Below, piece after piece: positions 27,501 to 39,020 of a DNA stretch of 64,000 nucleotides (positions within the stretch are counted from its first letter, which is position 1; each line of letters starts with the position of its first letter). The notes beneath the pieces were generated by a model. That model saw nothing but the letters and a program-made list of their open reading frames with translations. It did not search any database and was not told where the DNA came from. Location: the NCBI RefSeq assembly GCF_022539665.2, contig NC_081333.1, positions 4,526,001 to 4,590,000 on the forward strand, read 5' to 3'. The stretch comes from Daphnia carinata (taxonomy: Eukaryota). A program made the position numbers and the translations under genes.

Positions 27501-28291
27501 TTTGAATTGTTTTAACTGAATCGTCCTGCTCGCTGGATTCTTTGGTTGCTAAACTGCGGGCTGTTGTAGTACGCAAACCGCCGAACCGATTTTTGGTGGG
27601 CGAGCTCCGGGCTGTTGTTGGTGTCGTTGTTTTCTTATCCGAATCATCGCTTTCTTCATCCGAATGTCCAGAGATTGGATTAGCGGTTGTCGTTGTTTTG
27701 CTACGATCTAATCGATTTTGCAACAACTTATTAGTGGCTATTGTTCTCTGGCCTTGGGCACTAATTGGGACCAGCGTTTTAATTTCTTCACTGGTTGTGT
27801 TGACCACCACCTGCGCTGCTGGGTCAACTGTTACGCTCTGATTAACAGTCGCAGCCACGTGAGTTTCCAGTTGAGGCGGATTGCCTTCCGACGATAAATC
27901 AAGCACCTCTTCAGAATTGTTCGAGTCTTTGTTTCCTTCGTTTGCGTCTGAGATGTGGCCACCGCTGTCAATTGGAAGTAAATTTATTCGACCTGTATCC
28001 TTTGAAAGGTTAACAGGTGAACGCAAAAAACTTTCAATTGTTGCCAAACTTTGCGTGTGGATCACTTTCTCGTTGTCGTCCGTTTGGGACTGATCGTCGA
28101 ACGTGGACCTTTCTAGACTTTCGCGTGTAGAATCGACCTCACCGGACACATTGGCCAACACCAACGCTCCGAGAAGCTAAAAGGGAAGAGGAATAAAACA
28201 ACAAAAAGAAATGAGTTAAAATCGATGTCACTTACCGTGGGCCTAATTTAAAAAAATCTATTGTTACCACTATGTAAAATAAAATGCGCAT
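24511..28291 (-). CDS. g10: large Thr-rich mucin-like protein, module B plus GPI-like tail (~1229 aa); exons 28268-28291, 24511-28176
   Basis: Exon 1 MRILFYIV|gtaaca; acceptor cttttag|LLGALVLANVSG; 3.67 kb open frame; ELLTNPIVQERLQ...KRLIEKYLAALA; ends LLPFMVTCLLLGFS. Confidence 0.88.
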
Positions 28292-29787
28292 GGTGATTGT
28301 GAACGAACTAGCTGCATCGAGAATCACAGAGGAAATAAAATCGCTCGTGGAACGGACCCATGCGTTGTCGTCAGTCCAAGCAAAAAAGGAAAAGTGAAAA
28401 CCTTGGAGCTGCCTGCGCATTGCAGCCCGCAAGGTTTTTTTTGCCTTCCTTCACTTTCAGTAACTATCTACTATAAACACGAAACAAGCGCACACATATA
28501 TGCCAACGCGAAACCAGTTCCCAGATGCTGAAACCCGGTATGTTGGAATGAATTCATTTTGTTCATTTCGAGCCATTTGCAATGGGGCTATGAATGTTTT
28601 TTAAATGACACTTCATTCTCTTTGCTATCTGCAATTTCCCCTATTTATTTCAAATTCTAATTTAATTCCCGCCCGTAGTACCGCGTTATTTTTTTTTTTT
28701 ACTACGTTCGTGAACAGTACAAGGTTTCAAAAGTACAATAAAGAACGTTGATCGTAAAATCATTCTGATCTTTTTTTGTGCTGATGCAACGTCAAGGATA
28801 TACGATGACGCTGTGTGAGCCTCTCCCAACGAAATCTGGAGTAGAGGTCACGTACATGGTGGGCGTCGGATCACGACAGGCTATAGTAGACCCACTGGAT
28901 TGAACTGACATTGAATGAAAACGCATTCCAGAAGGAACTAGAACAGCCTCACCACCACATTGAGCAAAAAGTAGATGCTTTTCCTGGAAATGAAATGGCA
29001 TATTCCTTGAAGTCCTTGCTTCCTTTTACTTAAAAGTCGATGTTCCACGAGTCTTTGCCCCAAATTGAACGGATGTGATAATTGAATGAGAAGTTAATGA
29101 CCGAATAATGTAGAGTTTCTTTAATTTTGAGTCACTGTTTTCGCGTGTGTTCTTGTGCAATGGACCTGAGCTGACATATCAATAGAATAACCGGAATCGA
29201 ACGGGAAAAAAAGAAAGTACTAATGGAAATGTGGTGCACTCTTTTACCCACGTCAGCCAGCACACACACAAACAAAGTAAAAAAGGGAAAGTTTTTCTTT
29301 TTTTAAATTCCCAGTTTAAAAAGGCGAAATACAAGCAGATTCGTATATACATTTTTTTTAAAGATGATGAGATAGAACGGGACTTGCAAGACGTGCACCA
29401 ACTTTTCCTTAGATTCCAGGTCGTGACCCAGCTGATTAAAAAAAGAAATGATCGTAACTGACAATCTGCCATGAAATTGGAACACGCTGACAAGTCATTG
29501 CACCATGCGCGACTATTGTCAGTGAACTGGGCGACCTCAAGTTGTTCCAATGGAAAAGCAATTCAACAAAACGTTTCGTTAACACCAGTTAACCGGTTAC
29601 TCAATCAACACCGTTGGCTAATTTTCCAATTAAACAGAAATTTCAAAAGGAAAGAACTAATCAATGGTTTTTTACTTTAAATTAAAAATTAATTTGGTTA
29701 AAAAGAACACATGATTGTATTATTTACAACGGTAGAAAACAAAACCTTTCTGGTTTATACAAAGGGATACGTGAAACATGTAAACAT

Positions 29788-31175
29788 CTAAACTACAGTC
29801 TTGGGCCGTTGATCAGGCAGAGATCGCACAGGTGTAAACCCGGCGAATTGATCGGCCTTCACTTTAATGGGTGAATCAGAATTAGCCTTCGGAAAACCTT
29901 TGCCTGGTTGCGTGAAGTATTCTCTAGCAGAATCGTCTCCCATTTCCCAAACGTAATAATCGCCCATGTACTGCTTCGCAATGTAGAGGTCGTCCGATGA
30001 TGGATGGCTAAACACGCCGATGACGGGCAGATGGTCGAAAACCGATACTCTGCGTAGTGCGACACGTTCCAACGATTTATTGTTATCTTCCAGCGAGACG
30101 TTGTCATCAGCAAGATCTTCTGTCGAGTTCTTCATCGTTTCCATGCTGTCCACGAGGTCGTCGAAAAGATCATCGTCGATTGTTGTGGTTTCTATTTCGT
30201 TAGAAATGTCGGGAGTGTCAACACTCTGCCCGACGGTCACGTCTTCCACAGAATCGAAATCAAAAAGCTGGGCGTTATTCTGGCTAGAGGCAATTGGGAC
30301 GACGTTTCTTTGGATTAAACTACCCGCCATTTCCAAAGAATCATCGGTAACATCTTCTACGGATGTCTTATTCTTCAAGCTCTCCACGCTGTCGATACGA
30401 TCGTCTTCCGTTGAGGTTCTGTTTTGATCGTGCTCATGACTATCTACAACGAATGGGCCATCTGTGGTATTCTCAAGTGAATCGTGATTGTCCACGTTGC
30501 GGTCGAGCGTGAACGAACGCGTTGATGGATGGCTAAATACGCGGATGACGGGCAGATGGTTGAAAACCGATACTTCACGTAGGGCGACACGTTCCAACAA
30601 TTTATCGTTTTTTTCCAGCGAAACATTGTCATCAGCAAGATCTTCTGTCGAGTTCTTCACCGTTTCCATGCTGTCCACCAGGTCATCGAAAAGATCATCG
30701 TCGATTGTTGTGGTTTCTATTTCGTTAGAGATGTCCGGAGTGTCAACACTCTGCCCGACGGTCACGTCTTCCACAGAATCGAAATCAAATAGCTGGCCGT
30801 TATCCTGGCTAGAGGCAATTGGGACGACGTTTCGATTGATTGAACTAGCCACCATTTCCAAAGAATCGTTGGTAACATCTTCTACTGATGTCTGATTCTT
30901 CAAGCTCTCCACGCTGTCGATACGATCGTCTTCCGTTGAGGTTCTGTTTTGATCGTGCTCAAGACTATCTACAACGAATGGGCCATCTGTGGTATTCTCA
31001 AGTGAATCGTGATTGTCCACGTTGCGGTCGAGCGTGAATGAACGCGTCCCTTGAAAATTCGTTAAAACCACGACGACTCCGATGAGCTAATGTTTCAGAA
31101 AAGATCAAATTAAAGCAACATGTTTTGAAATAAGCGATTAAACATGTTTACCATAACTTTGCTGAACAGACGCAT
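29788..31175 (-). CDS. g11: very acidic secreted protein with internal 175-aa duplication, module A (~440 aa); exons 31152-31175, 29788-31086
   Basis: Exon 1 MRLFSKVM|gtaaac; acceptor cattag|LIGVVVVLTNFQGTRS; HPSSDDLYIAKQYMGDYYVWE...EYFTQPGK; FTPVRSLPDQR. Confidence 0.88.
29998..31047 (-). repeat. Near-identical 525-bp tandem duplication inside g11
   Basis: atcgtgattgtccac at 30481 and 31006; two 175-aa copies joined at HPS|TRS. Confidence 0.95.
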
Positions 31176-31284
31176 GATGATTGTTGTTGTACTAGACGCT
31201 TGAATCGTCTCTGAGAGAATAATATCAAATGGCAATAGAAGCGCGGTATTTATTCGATTTTAAACACGGAAAATAATTAGTGAG

Positions 31285-31305
31285 GACCTTGCGTCTGCAA
31301 GGTTA
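31285..31305. promoter_or_regulatory. Paired FTZ-F1-like sites upstream of g11
   Basis: gaccttgcgtctgcaaggtta. Confidence 0.55.
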
Positions 31306-32572
31306 CTACCGATAGTAAAATTAAGTTCGAAACGCGATGTTGGTGGAAGACTGGTTTTCGTTTGTCCCGCCACAACAACCGTCATTCTTTGACGAAGGAT
31401 CAAACGCCAGAGAGTTAAGCCGCTTGAAAAGGACAAACAAGTGGAAATTAACATGGAACTGATTTCCTCTTTGGCCAAAATCGGTGGACGCTACCGTCTT
31501 ATTGGGAGTGGCGCGTGTTTTTCCAAGGATAGCGCTTGCGTTCATTTGGAATCTATCGAATAAATAGAGACATAGATGTCAAACTAGGTGGGGAATTTCA
31601 GCAAGTTTGGGCCGTCGAGTTAATAAGAAAGATTGAAATTTACATGGCGCACAGAAGTACGGCGAAGGAAAGTGGTTGGCCTCGGAAACTCATTCACGGT
31701 GGCAATGGTTCCAAAGATCGATCAGTAAGAAGAGCTTTTGAACAACGCAACAATGATCTAGGGCTCAACGAAAATGAGACCATAATAAGGTTGTTTGCAA
31801 GCTACAAGGTGAAACTTACTAGAGGTAGGGGCAGCAAACTGAAAAACGAGAAAACAAAAAAAATGTGGGAATGGCATAGGAAAACTGATCTCATTTATTT
31901 TTGTTGTATATACTGTACCTTTTTATGTAAAACAGCTTTGCCCATGGGAAAAAGAAACAGATTTTTTTATTTCTATCTTTTCATGCAAAATAGCTATGCC
32001 CCTGTTCTAAGGTCATTTATTATATAAGCGCCGCATACGCCTAAGGTAGGCAAGCCCAGACCTGTCACGTCACGTGATAGATTGTGTCGAGCCATATATT
32101 TTTGCAATCAATTACAGAAATATGATTAACAGGAAGCGGAAATGAAAAAGCAACAAACGCAAATGTAAATCTCACTGGCCTCTAAAATAAATAGCAACGG
32201 GAGGGGGGCAAAAAATATGAAAAGGAATTCCGCGTCCCGAAACATGTTTATTAGCTTTTCAATCACTTTCCTTGTCGCAGAATTTTGACTTATAAAACCC
32301 CCCGTGACTGCTGTGCGTAGTTGATCTACTTTCTCCCTTCAAGATTTTTTGCGAGGTGGGCTGCACGTTGTTTCATTAAATCATGGCTGTCATAGTAGTA
32401 GCGGTATATTTTCATGCATAATACATAACTGGATCAATCATTTCATAATACGTTAATATAATAGAGGTTACGTATACTTTGAAATTATATCGTTTCGATG
32501 GATAATTTGTTAAGTACATGGCTTTGATACAATGGCATAGATTGAGATGCGCGACAATGAATATTCACAAAA

Positions 32573-35526
32573 TTATGAAATTAAAAAGACGAGACATGCT
32601 ACTAATAACATTGGGTAACACGACAAAGTCATCAGTACGCTTGAGCTGTCACTAAAATAGAAATAAGGAGAATCCCTACCACGCCCGGGTCTAGAACCAA
32701 TCCAACTATGTTCGTCGATGAATACAAATTTCGAATCACGATTAAAGGGTTCCAACTGTTCCCACAGATCGTCATCGTCGGCGTAGCGGAAATAAAGTAG
32801 GCCGTCAGAATGGCTCAAAATCGGTTTGCGTATTTTGGTTGTTCGTGAGCGGTTATTGGCCGTCTTCCGGATCGCTTCATCTTTCCCATTTGGAATGGCT
32901 AAAACAGCGATGCGTGATCTCGGTTCATCCGGCAGTTGGTCGTCTTCGTGTTTTCCAACGTCCTTTCGACGAGGAATATCACCATGTTCGTCATCGAGTT
33001 CAATAAACTTACTGGTGTCAACCGCACGATCTCTAGTTTGAGATGGAACACGATCAGGATCGTTGGCCTCGTCAAATTGCGTGGGTTTAGAAATGGGATT
33101 GTGCGTTGTGGTCGTTTGCAGACGGATGTTGATAACTTGCTTTGTTTTAGGATCGATTTGAACTTCGTAATCGTCTCTCTGTTGCCAAGGAAAATCTTCT
33201 TCTGAAAGTTCAGCTACTGGAACAAGAGTAGTCGTCACACGGCTATCGATTACTGGACCGGTAGCATTAGCCAGTTCTCGTGCTAGTAAATTTATTTGAG
33301 AATTTAAATCGGGTGTAGGAGATGAATGCTCTTCTTTAGCCGTCTCATTTTGGCTGCTCGTTTGAACGTCCAACGTGATTGGAGTTGGGCTTAATTGTGT
33401 CTGAATATCCTCCGTTTCATTTTTCTTCGTCTGAACTATGTCATCGTCTTGATGTTGCCGTGGACGCATATCTGAATCTTGGGAAGGTTCGAAAACCAAC
33501 GTGGGTCCAGTAGTGGGTTGCGTGACGCTGTCCGGAACTGTTGCTTGTTCAGCGTGCATGGTAGCATGAGCATAGCGTGAATTTTGCGCTATTCGGACAT
33601 TAACGACTTCTTTTGTTGTGGGATGAATTTGAATTTCAAAACCATCTTTCAGTTGCCATGGCAATTCAGTGGGCTGCTGAGGAGGCTGGGTCGTCGAGGA
33701 AGGGTCTTTCATCGTTTCTATACGTCCTTGAATGACCGTCTCACTTTCTTTCGTGAGATTGTACGTGATTGGGTCAGGATTGCTGGATTGGCTCATAATT
33801 TGTTTTCTATAATAAAATGGTATTGGTAAAGGCATAAGTGCTTCTCTGATTACCATTTTTGTCCGAGGAGCACGTATCTCTTGTGTTGGAGTGATAGGAT
33901 TCTCATGAAGGGTGAGGTTTGATTTCGTCTGAATTTTCGTGCGGATGTTGACCACTTGCTCTGTTTTGGGGTCTATTTGGACTTGATGATTGCCTCTCTG
34001 TAACCAAGGAAGCTCTTCGTGTTTGGTAGTAGTTTGTTCCAAAGCTGGTGTCACTAGTTTCTCAGCACTAGAATTTTCATGCTCTACATGAGGCGGCCTT
34101 ACAGTTGTTTCATTAGTTGCATTTAGATGGGCACTTATGTTAACCACTTGCTGTGTTTTAGGGTTTATCTCGACTTCAAAACCATCGGTGTTTTGCCATG
34201 GAAACTCTTCGTCTTTTCCAGACGAGTTGGACGGTGATAACGATGGTTCAATATTTCTCGAGTCCCCGTATTCGTGAGACGGCCTGACTGGTTTGCTTTT
34301 TGTTTTCAATAAAGGCACACGAATGTTGACTATTTCCTTAGTTTGCGGATGGATCTGTACTTCAAAATGAGCTCTGCGCTCCCAAGGCAAACAGTCCGGC
34401 TCCTTGCAGTGGACGGGCATTTGAGTTGGGCTACCCGATTCAATTAAGCCTTCAGTCGTTTGATTGGCTTCCATTTTATTTGGATCCATATTAGGACCAT
34501 GACTCCGCTCCAGGTTTAAGTTGTCAGCTCCGGAATGCCCAATAATAGATTTAGGGCTAGTCGTATGATTCACGATATCGTCTGACTGTACCGTGATCGG
34601 TTTCTCAGAATCCCTAAAAATTGATTCGTTAAACTGAGACGATTGTATCACCTTACCGTTTTCATTAGAATAATTAGCAATAGAATCATTGCTTCTTGAT
34701 GGACTCTCGCCATAAGATTCTGTTTCATTTTTCTTCTGATGGAATACATTGTCTATATGTTCGGCCGACTCACTATTATTCCTTGGTGTAAGTAATAATG
34801 ATCCTTCTCTTGAATTAAGCGCATTACGGGCTGTAGTAGTTAGGACACTTGGCTTCCGAGCTGACGTTCTACGTGCCCATTCACCATATACTATTCGAGT
34901 TCTGTTCACCATCTGCTGTCTCGATGACGTAGGTAACGGATAGCGAACTGTTGTCCTGATCGTTGATGTTCTATTTATCACTTGCTTTGGCCTCGTGTAG
35001 CGGGGCGCAACCGTTACACGTTTATTATCTTGAATTGCCTTCTCATCAGCCGTCGTTCTTGATTGACTTTTGTTGATCCTCTTTAAATCTGCGAATGCTG
35101 GCGTTTCAGGTGAGTTTGCTTTTTGATATGACAAGGAATAGTTGCATTGTCTGCCTTGACAACGTCTTGCGTTCAAATTTGGTACATTGCGGAATCGGCC
35201 CCCATTAATGCTGTCAGGTAGACTCACTTGTCCTGTAATTGGATCAACACTCACTATCAGCTGCACGGTGAACTTTCCATCAACAGTTGTCGTAACGGTA
35301 GTTCGCTTTTGTCGCAGTTGATGCCCTGTTGATTGCTTGTATCCATTTAAGTAAGTATTGAGGCCATCTTGAAAATACTGTTCTCTGTTCCAGTCAAAAG
35401 ATTCGGTGACTTGTATGACCAGCATCAATACGCCAATCAACTAAAAATAAAAACATTAAACAAACTGCAAAGAGAAAAACAAAAATGAGGAGACGCGCTT
35501 ACCGTTACGTTTAAAAATGCAGACAT
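32573..35526 (-). CDS. g12: mucin-like protein with 5 module-C repeats and GPI-like tail (~963 aa); exons 35503-35526, 32573-35440
   Basis: Exon 1 MSAFLNVT|gtaagc; acceptor ttttag|LIGVLMLVIQVTES; RQKR furin-type site; DGKFTVQLIVSVDP shared with g8; hydrophobic end YPMLLVACLVFLIS. Confidence 0.88.
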
Positions 35527-36172
35527 GATTCATTGGTTGACCTTCTCCAGTGTCACAAGCGAAGCAAAATGACGACTACATTTGATATAACCCTTTCAAA
35601 CAGAATCGATAAGGGGAGGGAGGCGCCTAATATTGATGTTGATCATTCGGGGTTTCACCGCGAAAAGAAAGGAACTGTAACTGCTGCATCTCACTTATAC
35701 CTTTTCACCTGTGCGCCATCAGAAACCTGCAGCCCCTGTAAACAGACTGCCAAGGTTTAGAAAGGTCTATCGCACTTTGCATTCGCGCGAATGTTGGATG
35801 TGTTACAAAACATTGACACACTTTCACGCACAATTGCATTACTTGTTGTTTAAAAAGCGAATAACAAGGGCAATTGCATTGCAATTGGCCATCGGAAAAA
35901 GGACAATCAGCATACAAATTTACATGGCAAAATAAGACATTTCAATAGCCTTTTTATTACTTCATTTTTGTTTTAAATGGCCCATTAGTTGTGTTGGACT
36001 TTAACGGCCAAAAAAGTGGGCTAGAAAATTTGCAAATTGAAATGCATGTATTGTGACCAATGGCAAATGCTACAATAATTAAACAGACTACTCATTAGAT
36101 TTAAACGCCCCTTTGTAAAGTAAAGAATTAATAGAATTGAGAAAAATGTACAGTGAGCTTAAACGTGCCTGG

Positions 36173-39020
36173 TTACCAACAAACTAATAGGCAAGCGATA
36201 ATGAATGGCAAAAACGAGTTGATGATCGGAGACGAACTACTAGAAGATAACGCAAGAGCTTCAGCGTATTTCTTCATGAGGCGCTTACTTCTAGCTTCCG
36301 GCGCCGATTTCAAACGACCATCCATTTCGTGTATCTTTTGCTGGAAAACGGGGTTCGTTAAAATGTCGTTCAACTCTGAGGATACATCGTTTTGCTCTCC
36401 AGAGTGTCGGAAAAATTCCATTTTAGGGCGTCTTTCTTGTTTGCGCAATTGGGGCCTCATAATTCGTTTGATTTTTGACAGCAATCTGACATTGACTTCC
36501 AGCGAATGATCATCCTGTTCTTCAGAGTTTCGGGACGGTGTCGATTGATTTCGGCTATTCTGTTTAAGTCTCTCAACCGAACTATCATCTCGCATTTCAT
36601 CGGCATGTTTATCATTAACAGCTGCTTGAATTTGTTCAATCGTCACCTGTGGCACTTTTTGTCGATTACCACCGTGACGTGGAGCTTTCGTTGAAGGCGT
36701 TTCTTGTTCTGGAACTGGTCTGGGCAGATGAATCTTCTGATGTTCATCAATGTGACCGATAATTTCACTGGACACAATGCCATCGTCCACTTCTACCACA
36801 ACAGTTCTGTTCCGCTGGGCAGTTGCTTGTTTAGCTCCAACGCGGGGATCCCTGTCTACGATTTCGATGGAGATGTTAGGCTCATCAACATCTCCGTCAA
36901 TGATATGCCGGTTAAGATTTATTGGTCTTTGGATATTGTTATTGCTTGATTGTTGGCTTTGGCTTGAGTTGGAAGCAAGCATTTCATCGGCATGGTTATC
37001 AATAACAGCTGCTTGAATTTGTTCAATCGTCACCTGTGGCACTTTTTGTCGATTGCCACCGCGACGTGGAGCTTTCGTTGAAGGCGTTTCTTGTTCTGGA
37101 ACTGGTCTGGGCAGATGAATCTTCTGATGTTCATCAATGTGACCGATAATTTCGCTGGACACAATGCCATCGTCCACTTCTACCACAACAGTTCTGTTCC
37201 GCTGGGCAGTTGCTTGTTTAGCTCCAACGCGGGGATCCCTGTCTACGATTTCAATGGAGATGTTAGGCTCATCCACATCTCCGTCATTGACATGCCGATT
37301 AAGATTGATTGGTCTTTGGGTATTGGTATTGCTTGATTGTTGGCTTTGGCTTGCGTTCGAAGCAAATGCGGATCTCAGTGCTCTTTCATCGGAGATTTGA
37401 TTTTGCTTATCTGCAGGTTGATCGCTCTCAGTTTGATAACCAACAATGCCTGTCATTTCAGTTCTTGGTTCGGTTTGAATGTTAGTAACCGTAATAGTTT
37501 CGCCGATGTTCGTTTCCGGCTCGTATTGAGTTCCTCCTTCAATTTCAGTGTTAACAAAAGCATCAGCTCTTCCTAAATTTATTTCAGGTTGGATTGGGAT
37601 CGTTTGCGCAACGCCTTCGTTAGTATGGAAGACACCAGTGCCTAAATTTGCCTTTGGTCGGATCGTGAGGATGACATCCGCATCCTTTTGAAACTGTTCC
37701 GCACTGCTGATGATGATAAAGCTATCGGTTCTACCTGAATTCGGTCCTTGCTCGGCTAGACTTACCTGATGAACGACGGGATCCATTGGCACTCCATATG
37801 GCACGATAACACGGCCGAGGTCTATGGGCTCTGGCTGGACTTGTACAGGCCCAGCGATATCTTCATGTACGAAAGAATCTACGTTACCTAAATTAGACTC
37901 TTGAGTTCGAGCTAATTGACCTGTTTCAAATTGAACGGGAACCCGATCGTTCAGCACAAATTCTACAGACGAATCTTCCTGTCTCCATTGTGCTCTGGGA
38001 AATGGTCTATAGGACGCGGATGGTTTAACGTGAATGTTGAAAACTTGTTTCACTTTTACCAACGGCAAATGGCTCGCCCTTCCAGACAAGTTTAAGTTGG
38101 TTGCTGTTTGGCTTCTCATGTTGAAACGTTCGTTAGTATTAGGATTCAGTTCTACAGCGAAATCACCTTTTTGTTCCATCTGAAATGTGTCAAGTCCTCC
38201 CGAAGTCGAAGGAAATGGACTTGCGTGATCACCGACCGCAATTTCAGTTTCTTGAACGTGAGTGATTTGGCTAGCCGTTGATTGTCTTCCCTCACCTGTT
38301 TCGCTGTCGGTAACGAAAGATGTTCCGATATTTGTTGCTTGATCGAATGGAGCGGCTTGTCCGCTAGTTTGAATAGCCGGTGCCGGCTCATCCATTTTGC
38401 TAATGGCAATCGATTCTCCAGTTGTTGCGTTCCGGGCGAATTGATCGATGGTTGCATCCAATTGGCTCTCAGCAAACGATTCACTTACGCTGGCAACGAT
38501 TTGTGAATCTCCAGTTGGATTTTCTGCATCCTGCCGTGGCTGAGTTTCGAAAACTGGAACATCGACCTCTCCTGCTTGAACAGGTTCATTGGTATTCAGG
38601 ATAATGACGGGAGCATCCGCAGAACTTTCAATTTTTGCTTCTTGGTTTGTTGGAATCAATAGAGTACCGAACGCGTCTGCCGGGAATGTTCGAACGTTGC
38701 CTTTGTTTGCGAATGAATTCGCTTCTCCGAAAAAGAGATGAGTTGTTTGATCGTCTATTACTTCCTTTAAAGTTTCTCTTCCGTCAGCGATGATAACGTC
38801 CTCAACTTGCCTGGTTTTCGGCGGATGGATCTCAGCAGTTTGGTTGGCTATGGTCTTCACGCTTGAGGTTGGTTCGCCCACCGCTTTGCTGTCGATGGCA
38901 GATGAATGAATTGCTCTTTCATTGAGGAGTACTCCCAGTAGCTGGAATGAATAATTAATGTAATGTAATTACAAAAAAGAAAATTTTGAGGCTTACCAAT
39001 ATGTAAAAGAGACGTGGCAT
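36173..39020 (-). CDS. g13: secreted protein with 129-aa internal duplication, module B plus GPI-like tail (~930 aa); exons 38997-39020, 36173-38941
   Basis: Exon 1 MPRLFYIL|gtaagc; acceptor ttccag|LLGVLLNERAIHS; DILTNPVFQQKIHEMDGRLK...KRLMKKYAEALA; ends FLPFIIACLLVCW. Confidence 0.87.
36592..37365 (-). repeat. Near-identical 387-bp tandem duplication inside g13
   Basis: gcatttcatcggcatg at 36592 and 36979; antisense ORF pairs offset by exactly 387 nt. Confidence 0.95.

Noticed and set aside
28177..28267. Alternative perfect donor ACG|gtaagt at 28235 in the g10 intron
   Set aside because: It gives a 56-nt exon 1, out of frame with the acceptor at 28177; the 24-nt exon matches all paralogues.
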